Assembly (NCBI RefSeq): GCF_014384895.1
Contig: NZ_JACRSQ010000001.1
Span: forward strand, 99,493 to 163,492
Length of the DNA: 64,000 nucleotides
From: Bianquea renquensis
GTDB lineage: Bacteria > Bacillota > Clostridia > Lachnospirales > Bianqueaceae
Direction: 5' to 3'
Shown here one piece after another: positions 1-9,988 of the stretch. The notes beneath the pieces are model-generated. The model did not search any database, was not told the origin of the DNA, and saw nothing but the letters and a program-made list of their open reading frames with translations. Position 1 is the first letter of the stretch. Each line of letters opens with the position of its first letter. Both the position numbers and the translations under genes were made by a program.

Positions 1-622
1 CGGCGGGTTGAAGGAAGGGCAGGTGGTCAACCGCCTGTACGAGGAGTACCGGAAGGAACACTTGCTGGATCTGAGCGACGATGATTTCGTCCAGCATTTG
101 CAGGAGAAAATCGAGAAGCGCCCGGAACAGGCACAGGAATCCGGCCGGAAAAAGGGAAGCGCCATCACAGTCCGAGGAATCCACGATGTGGCGGTTCGAT
201 TCTCCAAGTGCTGCAATCCGGTGCCAGGCGATGAGATCATCGGCTATATCACCAGAGGTCGCGGCGTGTCCATCCACCGCACCGACTGCATCAACATTAT
301 TCAGCTGGAGGACGAGGAACGGCAGCGGCTCATCGATGCAGAGTGGGAGGTGGCGCCTGGCGAAACGACGGGAATGAAGTTCGAATCCAGCATTCAGGTG
401 CTGACAGAGGAGCGCAAGGGCATTCTGGCCGATATTTCCAGCATCATCAACAATGAGAATATTACCATTGTAGCCCTCAATGTCCGCCTTACAAAGGATA
501 AACGGGAGGATGTTTTCAATATAACGGTGGAGATCTCCTCTAAGGAGCAGCTGGAACAGCTGAGCAAAAAGATTTCTCAGATTCCCGGCGTCCATGAGAT
601 CGTCCGGACGTCCAACGGGTAA
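1..622 (+). CDS. relA: RelA/SpoT-family (p)ppGpp synthetase/hydrolase, C-terminal part (TGS/ACT region); 5' end lies outside the window
   Basis: The ORF runs from the window edge to a stop at 620-622. The translation (..RGIHDVAVRFSKCCNPVPGDEIIGYITRGRGVSIHRTDC.. followed by an ACT-like tail) matches the conserved C-terminus of long RSH proteins. dtd immediately downstream reproduces the Bacillus relA-dtd synteny. Confidence 0.8.
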   Translation, partial: GGLKEGQVVNRLYEEYRKEHLLDLSDDDFVQHLQEKIEKRPEQAQESGRKKGSAITVRGIHDVAVRFSKCCNPVPGDEIIGYITRGRGVSIHRTDCINIIQLEDEERQRLIDAEWEVAPGETTGMKFESSIQVLTEERKGILADISSIINNENITIVALNVRLTKDKREDVFNITVEISSKEQLEQLSKKISQIPGVHEIVRTSNG

Positions 623-630
623 AAAAAGCG

Positions 631-668
631 ATACCTTTCTGTGGAAATACCATAGAAAGGTATTTTTA
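631..668 (+). terminator. Rho-independent terminator after relA
   Basis: 9-bp stem ATACCTTTC(631-639)/GAAAGGTAT(655-663) followed by a TTTTT run (664-668). Confidence 0.6.
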
Positions 669-809
669 TATAAAAAAGTCCGCCGCCAGGCGGGTGAGCA
701 GAGAAAGAGGTGCTGGAGCGCCAATGGATAAGCGCGCAATTTCCACTTGCATTTATAAAGAAGTATGGTATGATAGAATAGAAGATTAATAGAATAGGAG
801 ATTGTACCA

Positions 810-1265
810 ATGAAGGCTGTAGTACAGAGAGTGGCGGCAGCGTCCGTTGCGGTGGAGGATGAGGTCATTGGAAGCATTGGGCAGGGGCTGGCCATTTTGC
901 TGGGGGTTGTTGAAGGCGACACGGAGCGGGAAGCGGATTTTTTGGCAAATAAGATAACACAGCTGCGAATCTTCACGGACAGTCAAGATAAGATGAACCT
1001 TTCCGTGGAGGATATGGGCGGCGAGATGCTGGTGGTATCCCAGTTTACCTTAGCTGCGGACTGCTCCCACGGGCGGCGGCCATCCTTCACCCGGGCGGCG
1101 AAACCTCAGGAGGCCAACGGCCTGTATGAATATTTTATTGCAAAGATCGACGGGTTACTGGGAAAGAAGACACAGACAGGGCAGTTTGGGGCGGACATGA
1201 AGGTCACCCTTGTCAACGACGGCCCGGTCACCATCCTATTGGATACAGATGAAATAATGCGTTGA
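810..1265 (+). CDS. dtd: D-aminoacyl-tRNA deacylase
   Basis: 150-aa ORF MKAVVQRVAAASV..SQFTL.ADC..GRRPSF with the typical Dtd N-terminus and SQFTL motif. RBS AGGAG sits upstream and the gene follows relA as in Bacillus. Confidence 0.85.
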   Translation: MKAVVQRVAAASVAVEDEVIGSIGQGLAILLGVVEGDTEREADFLANKITQLRIFTDSQDKMNLSVEDMGGEMLVVSQFTLAADCSHGRRPSFTRAAKPQEANGLYEYFIAKIDGLLGKKTQTGQFGADMKVTLVNDGPVTILLDTDEIMR

Positions 1266-1282
1266 TAGACGAGGTGTTGACT

Positions 1283-1948
1283 ATGATGTTGGAAACGATT
1301 GTTGTCGGTGCGCTGGAAACCAATTGCTATATCATTGCCGACGAAGTGACAAAGGACGCGGCGATCATCGATCCCGGCGCGGAAGGAAGGCGGATCGCAA
1401 AGCGGGTTGAGGCCATGGGCCTCACGGTGCGGTACATTTTGGTCACCCACGGCCATATGGACCATATGAAGGATGCGCCTCTTCTGTCGGAGATATACGG
1501 ATGTCCCATCGTGGTGCACCGGGAGGAGATGGAGTACATCCACTCGCCGGAGGTGAAGGCTTCCCCGTATAGCGCACAGGTATTCCAGACATTTGAGACC
1601 GCAGTCCACGACAATGGAATGCTGGTGGAGGATGAACAGCATCTGCCTCTTGGAGCCCTTGACTTGCGCGTCATGAAAGTTCCAGGGCACAGCCAGGCCA
1701 GTGTCTGTTACTTTCTTGAGCGGGAGGGGACCGTCTTTGACGGGGATACTCTGTTTTGGCGGAGTATTGGCCGGACCGATTTCTACCACGGCAGTCCAGC
1801 GGATTTAGTCACCTCCATTCGGCAGAAGCTCCTGGAATTGCCAGATGAGGTGCGAGTATTTCCCGGTCACGGTCCTGCGACGACCATCGGTGAGGAGCGG
1901 GGCCAAAATCCGTTTCTCAATCTCTCAGCGGGAATGTGGGACTTTTAG
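1283..1948 (+). CDS. MBL-fold metallo-hydrolase (hydroxyacylglutathione-hydrolase-like)
   Basis: THGHMDHM metal-binding motif and the ..TNCYII.. N-terminal pattern. Start moved to ATG 1283 (RBS GAGGTG 7 nt upstream) from the ORF-track start 1262. Confidence 0.7.
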   Translation: MMLETIVVGALETNCYIIADEVTKDAAIIDPGAEGRRIAKRVEAMGLTVRYILVTHGHMDHMKDAPLLSEIYGCPIVVHREEMEYIHSPEVKASPYSAQVFQTFETAVHDNGMLVEDEQHLPLGALDLRVMKVPGHSQASVCYFLEREGTVFDGDTLFWRSIGRTDFYHGSPADLVTSIRQKLLELPDEVRVFPGHGPATTIGEERGQNPFLNLSAGMWDF

Positions 1949-3388
1949 ATGAAGCGTGCGACAATTGACATCCGCATGGACTGCGAGCTCCAGAGATTTC
2001 AGTATGAGGTTGAAATGCTGATCCGGCAGTTTTTGCCATTTTCGGCGGTGGGGTTTGGGGGGACGCCTGGAGCTATGCGCCTAGAACTTTCGGCTCACCC
2101 TCTGGCTGGACGCTTATATGATGAGCAAGGCCGTCTGATAGGGCAGGAGCAGTGGCCGGATCAGGGCGGTAAAAATCAGGCAAAGGCGATGGTGTACCGG
2201 CTTTTTTCCGCATACTTGGGGCAAAGGCTGCCGTGGGGAATCCTGACAGGTGTTCGCCCTTCCAAAATTCCCTATGATTTTATGGAGAGCGGTATGACGC
2301 AGACGGAAGCGTCCACCTGTCTGATGAAGGAGTACTTAGTCCAGAGGGAGAAAGCAGAATTAGCAGCGGCCGTGGCCAGCAAGGAGCGCATACTGCTTGC
2401 GGACCATGATGGCATGGATGTCAGTCTCTATGTGGGAATTCCCTTCTGTCCATCCCGGTGTGCCTACTGTTCCTTTGTCTCCTATGACTTCCACTCCTAT
2501 GGGACGGTGCTGCCTGCCTACGTGGAAGCCCTCCTGCAAGAGATGCAGAGGACAGCCGCACTGCTGGAAGGACGGCGGCTACAGAGCTTTTACATGGGAG
2601 GCGGAACGCCTACAGTGTTGGACGCTGGCAGTCTGGACCGGATTCTAGAGCGGGCGGATGCCCTCTACTCCTTCTCAGCTCTGAGGGAAATCACGGTGGA
2701 GGCCGGACGGCCGGACACGATTACGCGGGAGAAGCTTCGGGTTCTGGCGGATCATGGGGTTGATCGGATCTCCATCAATCCCCAGACCATGAATCAAAAG
2801 ACGCTGGATGCCGTAGGACGGCGCCATTCAGTGGAGCAGGCCGAGGTGGCGCTGGAGACGGCCCGGGAGATAGGCTTTGACAACATCAATATGGATTTAA
2901 TTCTTGGGCTGCCGGGGGAAACGCAGGAAGATGTCAGGAGAACTATGGAACGCATTGTTCGGTTGAAGCCGGATAGCCTGACAATTCATACGCTCGCAAT
3001 CAAACGGGCATCGAGACTTCATGAGGAAGAGGAGGCCGCGGCAGATCTGCTTGCACAGGCGGACAGAATGGAATCCATGTTGCGAGAGAGCGCCGCGGCG
3101 GCCGCCGCTCTGGGAATGCAACCCTACTATATGTACCGCCAAAAAAACATGGCTGGCAATTTTGAAAACGTAGGCTACTGTCTGCCGGGGAAAGAATGCC
3201 TGTACAATGTGGAGATTATGGAGGAGCGGCAGACGATTTTCGCGCTGGGGGCCGGAGCCGTGACGAAGGTTTACTATCCGGAGCAGAACCGGCTGGAGCG
3301 GGTCCCCAATGTAAAGAATGTCGAACACTATATCAGCCGTATTCAGGAAATGATCGATAGGAAATGGAAGGGAGTGCCAAAACTGTGA
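1949..3388 (+). CDS. hemZ: Radical-SAM coproporphyrinogen-III-oxidase-like protein (HemZ/HemN family)
   Basis: 479 aa with a CxxxCxxC radical-SAM cluster motif (CPSRCAYCSF) and HemN-like C-terminal region. The start ATG overlaps the stop of the upstream gene. Confidence 0.7.
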   Translation: MKRATIDIRMDCELQRFQYEVEMLIRQFLPFSAVGFGGTPGAMRLELSAHPLAGRLYDEQGRLIGQEQWPDQGGKNQAKAMVYRLFSAYLGQRLPWGILTGVRPSKIPYDFMESGMTQTEASTCLMKEYLVQREKAELAAAVASKERILLADHDGMDVSLYVGIPFCPSRCAYCSFVSYDFHSYGTVLPAYVEALLQEMQRTAALLEGRRLQSFYMGGGTPTVLDAGSLDRILERADALYSFSALREITVEAGRPDTITREKLRVLADHGVDRISINPQTMNQKTLDAVGRRHSVEQAEVALETAREIGFDNINMDLILGLPGETQEDVRRTMERIVRLKPDSLTIHTLAIKRASRLHEEEEAAADLLAQADRMESMLRESAAAAAALGMQPYYMYRQKNMAGNFENVGYCLPGKECLYNVEIMEERQTIFALGAGAVTKVYYPEQNRLERVPNVKNVEHYISRIQEMIDRKWKGVPKL

Positions 3389-4230
3389 TGACAAGACAAG
3401 ACATATCGAGGGAGATCACCCGATCAGAACTGCCCATTTCCAAAATAATACAAGGGGCGTGGAGGCTATTTTCCGAGCGATGGATCTGGTATTTGCTGCT
3501 GACAGTGCTTGTGTTTTTTCCATCAACGCTGGTGGTACAATATGCAGCGGGCCTTATCAATCCTGAGACTGCGGAGATTCAAGATTTAATTAAGGTTTAC
3601 ATGGCGGTGATCCTCATGTCCTTTGTCTGGATCATTGGGACATTGGTGTCAGCGGTCATGGTCAACGCACAGCTGCGGGACGAACCGTTCTCTTTTGGTA
3701 CGGCTTTTTATAAGGGAATCTGCGCGTGGCCCAAAGCTATCGCCACAGTGTTGTTGCTCATGGCCATACTCATTGGGATCGCTATGGCGGGGATGTTGGC
3801 GGTTACGATCCTACCTCTTCTCGCCGTCCCTTTTATCACGGCTTTGCTCATCGGCTCCGTTGTATTTAGCGCCGCCTTGTACTTTGCCGCCATTACGGCG
3901 GCGCTGAGAAAAAAGATGTTTATGGACAATTTGAAATATGTCGTCTATATTCTGCGCGGGCACTTTGGCAAAAGCATCGGACTATTTATGCTGTTATTTC
4001 TGGGAAGCCTGTTTGTATCCTACGGTGTCGGCGTGTTGGAGGAGCCGCTGTTAGCTCTAATCGCCAATAGCAGTGTGCGGTGGATTGTACAGTCGTTTCT
4101 TGATTCCCTCCTGAGCATCACCAATATTTTCATGTTCATTGGTCTGACCATTTATTTTCTCAATCTGGAATCCATCCGGCTGGAGGAGGAAGCCGCTAGG
4201 GCGGAGGCTGACAGGTTGCCGCTGCCATAA
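3388..4230 (+). CDS. Polytopic membrane protein of unknown function
   Basis: Several hydrophobic helices. ATG 3388 overlaps the hemZ stop (TGATG coupling); the alternative start is 3364. Confidence 0.4.
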   Translation: MTRQDISREITRSELPISKIIQGAWRLFSERWIWYLLLTVLVFFPSTLVVQYAAGLINPETAEIQDLIKVYMAVILMSFVWIIGTLVSAVMVNAQLRDEPFSFGTAFYKGICAWPKAIATVLLLMAILIGIAMAGMLAVTILPLLAVPFITALLIGSVVFSAALYFAAITAALRKKMFMDNLKYVVYILRGHFGKSIGLFMLLFLGSLFVSYGVGVLEEPLLALIANSSVRWIVQSFLDSLLSITNIFMFIGLTIYFLNLESIRLEEEAARAEADRLPLP

Positions 4231-4311
4231 AGAAATAGGCGTAGGCCTGTATAAAAGTTCATGAACACGGCGACACTTTTACTAAATTTCTATTTAGAAA
4301 GGGTGGAGCAG

Positions 4312-4536
4312 ATGTCTAGTAAAAAACGGAAGATCGACTTATCGCAGGTGGATCTTAAGGAATTGCTTCCAGACCAACAATTGAAATATGAGATTGCGGA
4401 AGAGCTTGGCCTGCTGGATAAAGTCAAAGAGTTCGGTTGGAAATCGCTGACTGCTCAAGAAACAGGGCGAATCGGCGGACTGATGACGAAGAAGAAGAGA
4501 CAGGATGTGCAAAAGGAAAAGGCGAAGGAACCATAA
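4312..4536 (+). CDS. Small acid-soluble spore protein, alpha/beta type
   Basis: 74-aa product with the alpha/beta-SASP pattern LKYEIAEELGL......G....T..ETGRIGGLMTKK (compare KYEIA.E.G...G..GGEITK). Start placed at ATG 4312 with RBS AAAGGGTGGAG. Confidence 0.65.
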   Translation: MSSKKRKIDLSQVDLKELLPDQQLKYEIAEELGLLDKVKEFGWKSLTAQETGRIGGLMTKKKRQDVQKEKAKEP

Positions 4537-4814
4537 TTTTTTTTACGAAATGTAAGATACTCCTTGACGATTGGCCTGTTCGTAATATATAATTAGATCT
4601 TAAGGGTACAGGACTCCCTATGCTTTCAGGAGGAAACGTCCCATGCCATTCCTGCGGCACTCCGCATAGCGTACCGGATATGCTAACCGGTATATAGTCG
4701 CGCAGCGTCTTGACAGGGCGCGTTCTTTTTATGAGGGCTCTATATACAACGAGGATGGGATTGTGGAAAGACATTATGAACCTGTGCGAATACCATTCAA
4801 GGAGGAACTTATAC

Positions 4815-6101
4815 ATGAGCAGTAAGGTAGAACACCTGGAAAACAATATGGCGAAGGTGACGTTGGAGATTCGCCCTGAAGTCTTTGAAGAAGCGATCCA
4901 GAAGGTCTATAACAAAAATAAAGGAAAGATCGCGGTGCCGGGATTCCGCAAGGGCAAGGCTCCCCGCAAGCTGGTGGAGAGAACCTACGGCAGGGAAGTC
5001 TTCTATGAGGACGCTCTCAATGAAGTTTTGCCGGACGCGTATGACAGCGCCGTCAAGGAACTGGAGCTGAAGGTTGTATCCAGACCGGAGATCAACGTTG
5101 AGAAGGTCGAAGCCGGCGAGGCGGTGGTGGTGACGGCCACAGTTGCGGTGAAGCCGGAGGTCACTCTGGGCGACTATAAGGGGTTGGAGGTTGAAAAGAA
5201 CCCTGTTATCGTCACAGAGGATGATGTGGACGCGGAGATCAAGAAGACAGCAGAGCGGAATTCCCGCATGTTGGAGGTGGACGATCGCCCCGCTGCCATG
5301 GATGACACTGTCACCATTGACTTTGAAGGCTTTGTGGACGGCGTGGCCTTCGAAGGAGGAAAGGGCGAGAACCATGACCTGGTCCTGGGCTCTCACAGTT
5401 TCATCGATACCTTCGAGGATCAGTTGGTCGGCAAGAAGGCCGGCGAGGAATGCGAAGTGAACGTCACCTTCCCGGAGGATTACGGACAGAAGGACCTGGC
5501 TGGCAAACCGGCTATGTTCAAGGTCACCGTTAAGAAGATTCAGATGAAAGAGCTTCCCGCCATCGACGATGAATTTGCAAAGGATGTCTCGGAATTCGAC
5601 ACGTTGGAGGAATATAAAGCCGATGTCCGCGAAAAGTTGACTCAGTCCAAGCAGAAGCAGGAAGATGAGCGGATTCGCAGGGAACTGTTGGAAAAAGCGG
5701 TTGCCAACGCGGAAATGATCATTCCCGGACCGATGGTGGACGAGCAGGCGGACAGCATGATTCAAAATTTTGCGAATTCTCTTCGGTATCAGGGAATTTC
5801 TATGGAGCAGTACATGTCCATGACCGGTGGAAATATCGCCTCCCTGCGCGCTTCCGTTCGCCCGGACGCAGAGCGGCGCATTAAGGACAGTCTCGTCCTG
5901 GAAGCCATTGCGAAGGCTGAGAACTTAGAGATTACCGATGAGGACTTCGAGAAGGAAGTCGCTGATATGGCAGAGACGTACCATATGGAAGTAGAGAAGC
6001 TGAGAGAGTCTTTGACAGACGCAGATCAGGAGAACATCAGAGAAGAGATGAAATCCAAGAAGGCGATGGAATTCCTGGTGGAGAACTCGAAGGAAGCCTG
6101 A
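4815..6101 (+). CDS. tig: Trigger factor (ribosome-associated PPIase chaperone)
   Basis: MSSKVEHLENNMAKVTLEI..GFRKGKAP.. is the canonical trigger factor N-terminus with FKBP and C-terminal domains. Start ATG 4815 follows RBS AAGGAGGAA. The tig-clpP-clpX synteny is present. Confidence 0.9.
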   Translation: MSSKVEHLENNMAKVTLEIRPEVFEEAIQKVYNKNKGKIAVPGFRKGKAPRKLVERTYGREVFYEDALNEVLPDAYDSAVKELELKVVSRPEINVEKVEAGEAVVVTATVAVKPEVTLGDYKGLEVEKNPVIVTEDDVDAEIKKTAERNSRMLEVDDRPAAMDDTVTIDFEGFVDGVAFEGGKGENHDLVLGSHSFIDTFEDQLVGKKAGEECEVNVTFPEDYGQKDLAGKPAMFKVTVKKIQMKELPAIDDEFAKDVSEFDTLEEYKADVREKLTQSKQKQEDERIRRELLEKAVANAEMIIPGPMVDEQADSMIQNFANSLRYQGISMEQYMSMTGGNIASLRASVRPDAERRIKDSLVLEAIAKAENLEITDEDFEKEVADMAETYHMEVEKLRESLTDADQENIREEMKSKKAMEFLVENSKEA

Positions 6102-6208
6102 TCGAGATCTAGGGTACGGCGTATGAGTCAACCGCGCCCGTTTCACAAGTTGAATCGGGCGCGAGGTGTTGAAGGACGAATCTATCAAAAATAAGGAGGT
6201 GGCGGCTA

Positions 6209-6796
6209 ATGCGCAGCGCACTAGTCCCCTATGTAATAGAACAGACCAGCAGAGGCGAGAGATCCTTTGATATTTATTCGCGTCTGTTGCAGGAGCGAAT
6301 CATCTTTTTATCGGAAGAGGTCAACGATGTGACGGCCAGTCTCGTTGTGGCGCAGCTGCTCTTCTTGGATTCCGAGGATCCGGAGAAGGACATCCATTTT
6401 TATATCAACAGCCCAGGGGGATCTGTCTCCGCAGGTCTTGCCATCTATGACACCATGCAGCATGTCCGGGCGGACGTCTCCACCATCTGTCTAGGTATGG
6501 CCGCTAGCATGGGTTCCTTCCTGCTGGCGGGCGGCAAGAAGGGAAAGCGCTTTATTCTGCCCAACGCGGAGGTCATGATTCATCAGCCCATGGGTGGCAC
6601 CCAGGGGCAGGCCTCAGACATCAAGATCCAGGCGGATCACATCCTGGCGACCCGCGCGCGCCTGAACAAAATTTTGAGTGAAAATACAGGCAAGCCGCTG
6701 GAGATCATTGAACAGGACACGGACCGGGACAATTGGCTGAGCGCACAGGAAGCGGTGGAGTATGGCTTGGTCGATCAGATCATAGTGAAAAAATAA
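6209..6796 (+). CDS. clpP: ATP-dependent Clp protease proteolytic subunit
   Basis: 195 aa; the catalytic Ser motif [11 protein letters not shown] and His/Asp regions are unmistakable ClpP sequence. Confidence 0.95.
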   Translation: MRSALVPYVIEQTSRGERSFDIYSRLLQERIIFLSEEVNDVTASLVVAQLLFLDSEDPEKDIHFYINSPGGSVSAGLAIYDTMQHVRADVSTICLGMAASMGSFLLAGGKKGKRFILPNAEVMIHQPMGGTQGQASDIKIQADHILATRARLNKILSENTGKPLEIIEQDTDRDNWLSAQEAVEYGLVDQIIVKK

Positions 6797-6810
6797 GTTG
6801 AGGTGATGGA

Positions 6811-8106
6811 ATGGCTTCCAGAACAGGCGAGGAAAAGAAACGGATCACTTGTTCATTCTGCGGAAAAGGGCAGGAGCAGGTGCGCCGTCTGATAGCTGGC
6901 AATGGAGTCTATATTTGCGATGAGTGCGTGGACCTTTGCTCAGAAATTATCGAAAAGGAATTCTCAGAGTTTGACGAGGAGTTCTACGGAAGTGATCTAT
7001 TAAAACCAAAAGAGATCAAGGAATTTTTGGACGAATATGCAATCGGACAGGACCGGGCCAAGAGGGCGCTGGCCGTGGCGGTGTACAACCACTATAAACG
7101 GATCCACTCGGTGAACCGGATCAACAATGTGGAACTGCAAAAGAGCAATATTATCATGATCGGTCCCACAGGATCCGGCAAGACGTTCTTAGCGCAGACT
7201 TTGGCCAAGATACTGAACGTCCCCTTTGCAATCGCGGATGCGACGAGCCTGACCGAAGCTGGATACGTGGGGGAGGATGTGGAAAATATCCTGCTGAAGC
7301 TGATCCAAGCGGCGGATTACGATATTGAACGGGCCGAGCACGGCATTATCTATATCGACGAGATCGATAAGATCGCGCGCAAATCGGAAAATCCCTCCAT
7401 AACCCGCGATGTCAGCGGAGAAGGGGTCCAGCAGGCCCTTTTGAAGATTCTGGAGAGCACGGTGGCCTCTGTCCCTCCTACGGGTGGGCGGAAGCACCCG
7501 CATCATGAATTCATTCAGATTGACACGACCAATATTTTGTTTATCTGCGGCGGTGCCTTTGACGGCTTAGATAAAATCATCAAGAGCCGTACCAACCACA
7601 AGACCATTGGATTCAACACAGTGGAAGATGAATCCAAGGCTAACGCATCCGACACGACGATCCTGCGGGAGCTGATGCCGCAAGATCTTCTCAAATATGG
7701 GTTGATCCCAGAGTTTATCGGCCGTCTGCCTGTGATGGTATCGCTGGACGCGCTGGACGAGGAGGCGCTGGTCCAGATTCTGACAGAGCCAAAAAACTCG
7801 CTTGTCAAACAGTACCAGGCGCTATTTGCCATGGATGATGTGACACTGGAATTCGAGCCGGACGCGTTGCGGGCCATTGCCCACAAGGCGGCGGAGCGAA
7901 AGACGGGAGCGCGAGGCCTTAAAGCTATTATCGAGGAGACCATGGGGGATTTGATGTACGAGATTCCGTCCATGGAGACGGTGGAGAAAGTGACGATTAC
8001 AAAAGATTCCGTCGAAAAAGCGGCGGCCCCTGAGTATGTATATAATGAAAATAAACAACCGCTTCTCCGCAAGAGCAAACCGGCCCGCAAAGGTCAGACA
8101 GCATAG
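6811..8106 (+). CDS. clpX: ATP-dependent Clp protease ATP-binding subunit ClpX
   Basis: N-terminal zinc-ribbon (CSFCGK..C..C), Walker A GPTGSGKT and the IGF-loop region. Confidence 0.95.
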   Translation: MASRTGEEKKRITCSFCGKGQEQVRRLIAGNGVYICDECVDLCSEIIEKEFSEFDEEFYGSDLLKPKEIKEFLDEYAIGQDRAKRALAVAVYNHYKRIHSVNRINNVELQKSNIIMIGPTGSGKTFLAQTLAKILNVPFAIADATSLTEAGYVGEDVENILLKLIQAADYDIERAEHGIIYIDEIDKIARKSENPSITRDVSGEGVQQALLKILESTVASVPPTGGRKHPHHEFIQIDTTNILFICGGAFDGLDKIIKSRTNHKTIGFNTVEDESKANASDTTILRELMPQDLLKYGLIPEFIGRLPVMVSLDALDEEALVQILTEPKNSLVKQYQALFAMDDVTLEFEPDALRAIAHKAAERKTGARGLKAIIEETMGDLMYEIPSMETVEKVTITKDSVEKAAAPEYVYNENKQPLLRKSKPARKGQTA

Positions 8107-8256
8107 AGAAAGGGCATGGCGGCGTGAGCAAGATGCGCGTCATAAAAATTTAACCGAACCGGCTGGGCAGTCGCCCGGCCGATTTGTCGTAGATTGAGTC
8201 AGAACCTCCCTCATAATTTGATTGGAAATCGGTATACTATGGGGGAGGTGAAGAGT

Positions 8257-9948
8257 ATGACGTTTACAACGGTGTTTGTGATCATTCAATTTATATTTTC
8301 ATGTATCATCGGAATCTATTTTTACACACAGCTAAAACGACAGGAATCCTCAAAAACCTCCATTGAGAAGGAATCCCGCAAAAAGATGGAGCAACTTCAT
8401 AGACTGAGAAGAATTCATTTGACGGAACCTTTGGCCGAAAAGACGAGACCTCAAACGTTGCAGGATATTGTGGGGCAGGAGGAGGGGATCAAGGCATTAA
8501 AAGCTGCCCTGTGCGGCCCAAACCCTCAACACGTCCTTATCTATGGCCCTCCGGGGGTCGGCAAGACAGCGGCCGCCCGTGTCATTCTGGAGGAAGCGAA
8601 GAAGAGTGCCACATCCCCATTCCAGGAGACCGCATGTTTTGTGGAGATGGATGCGACGACGATGCGCTTTGACGACCGAGGCATTGCGGACCCCCTTATC
8701 GGGACGGTCCACGATCCCATTTATCAGGGAGCCGGGGCCTACGGGGCGGCTGGAATTCCTCAACCCAAAGAGGGGGCTGTGACCAAAGCCCACGGGGGAG
8801 TCCTATTTTTGGATGAAATCGGAGAGTTGCATCCAATTCAGATGAATAAGCTTTTAAAAGTATTAGAAGATCGCAAAGTTATGCTGGAGAGCTCCTATTA
8901 TTCCTCTGAGAATTCCAACATTCCCTCCTATATCCATGAGATTTTCCAGAAGGGACTTCCAGCAGATTTTCGCTTGATCGGCGCCACCACAAGGGGGCCG
9001 GAGGATATACCACCGGCCATCCGCTCCCGATGTACGGAAATCTACTTTCGCGGACTGCGGCCAGATGAGATTCGATCCATCGTGGAGGGGGCGGCTGAGA
9101 AAGGCGGATTTACTCTGGAGGAGGGAATCCCGGCCCTGATCGCGTCCTACTGTGACAATGGACGGGACGCGGTCAATATTTTACAGACGGCGGGGAGCTC
9201 TGCTCTGTTGGAAGAGCGGACTCATATTGACAAGAGCGATGTGGAGTGGGTATTAGAATTTGGCCAGTATGTTCCCAGAGAAGCCGGTATGCCCTGCAAG
9301 AGAGAACCGTCCATCGGATGTGTGTACGGAATCGGTGTGACGGGAGGCGGACAGGGCCATCTGATGGAGATGGAAGTCCGCCTGGAGGCGATGCACCCCG
9401 GAAGAGAAGGCGTCCTGATTATTACGGGATTGGTGGAGGAAGAGGAACTGGAGCGAGGGCAACAAAAACTTCGCAGAACCAGCACCGCCAAGGCGTCTGT
9501 CCACAATGCGCTGACCTTGCTGAAGGCCAAATATGCCATTGAATACCACCAATATGACATCCACATCAACATTCCCGGTGGGATGCCAGTTGACGGTCCA
9601 TCCGCCGGCACCGCGCTGTTGTGCGCTCTGTATTCCGCCTTCTTATCTTGTCCCATACCGCCGAATGTGGCGATGACAGGGGAGATCTCCATCTGGGGGG
9701 ATGTTCTCCCGGTGGGAGGCGTACAGGCAAAGATAGAGGCGGCCGAGATGGCTGGCATGAAACGGGTTTTCATACCAGCCGCAAATTGGAAGAAATGCTT
9801 TGAAAAACGAAGAATCCAGGTTATTCCTGTTGATCATATCGATCAGCTATTGGCCGATGTCTTCCAGAGGAAAGGCGAAGACACAACGCGGACGCAGGCG
9901 GCAGACGCGGAGAGAGAAATGTTGAGTGCGGAGGGACTCGGCCGGTAA
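8257..9948 (+). CDS. lonB: Lon-like ATP-dependent protease LonB (sporulation-type, membrane-anchored)
   Basis: N-terminal TM helix, AAA+ Walker A GPPGVGKT and a C-terminal Lon S16 protease domain (..DGPSAGTAL..). The lonB-lonA tandem matches Bacillus. Start ATG 8257 follows RBS GGGGGAGGTG. Confidence 0.8.
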   Translation: MTFTTVFVIIQFIFSCIIGIYFYTQLKRQESSKTSIEKESRKKMEQLHRLRRIHLTEPLAEKTRPQTLQDIVGQEEGIKALKAALCGPNPQHVLIYGPPGVGKTAAARVILEEAKKSATSPFQETACFVEMDATTMRFDDRGIADPLIGTVHDPIYQGAGAYGAAGIPQPKEGAVTKAHGGVLFLDEIGELHPIQMNKLLKVLEDRKVMLESSYYSSENSNIPSYIHEIFQKGLPADFRLIGATTRGPEDIPPAIRSRCTEIYFRGLRPDEIRSIVEGAAEKGGFTLEEGIPALIASYCDNGRDAVNILQTAGSSALLEERTHIDKSDVEWVLEFGQYVPREAGMPCKREPSIGCVYGIGVTGGGQGHLMEMEVRLEAMHPGREGVLIITGLVEEEELERGQQKLRRTSTAKASVHNALTLLKAKYAIEYHQYDIHINIPGGMPVDGPSAGTALLCALYSAFLSCPIPPNVAMTGEISIWGDVLPVGGVQAKIEAAEMAGMKRVFIPAANWKKCFEKRRIQVIPVDHIDQLLADVFQRKGEDTTRTQAADAEREMLSAEGLGR

Positions 9949-9988
9949 AGCAATGGGAAGCCGCTATGATTTGAGGGGAGATGCAAGA

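Noticed and set aside
4809-5765. 318-aa minus-strand ORF antisense to tig
   Set aside because: It lies antisense to trigger factor, whose identity is unequivocal. No motifs or RBS support it.
6101-6209. CtsR operator upstream of clpP
   Set aside because: An 8-bp GC hairpin (CGCGCCCG..CGGGCGCG) is present, but the heptad direct repeat GGTCAAA-NAN-GGTCAAA typical of CtsR boxes is not. No claim is made.
7189-8090. Long minus-strand ORFs opposite clpX (105, 191 and 78 aa)
   Set aside because: They lie antisense to an unambiguous clpX with all AAA+ motifs. They have no RBS or family resemblance and are typical high-GC shadow ORFs.
9222-9837. Several 60-183-aa ORFs on both strands within lonB
   Set aside because: They overlap the conserved Lon protease domain frame and are not independently supported.
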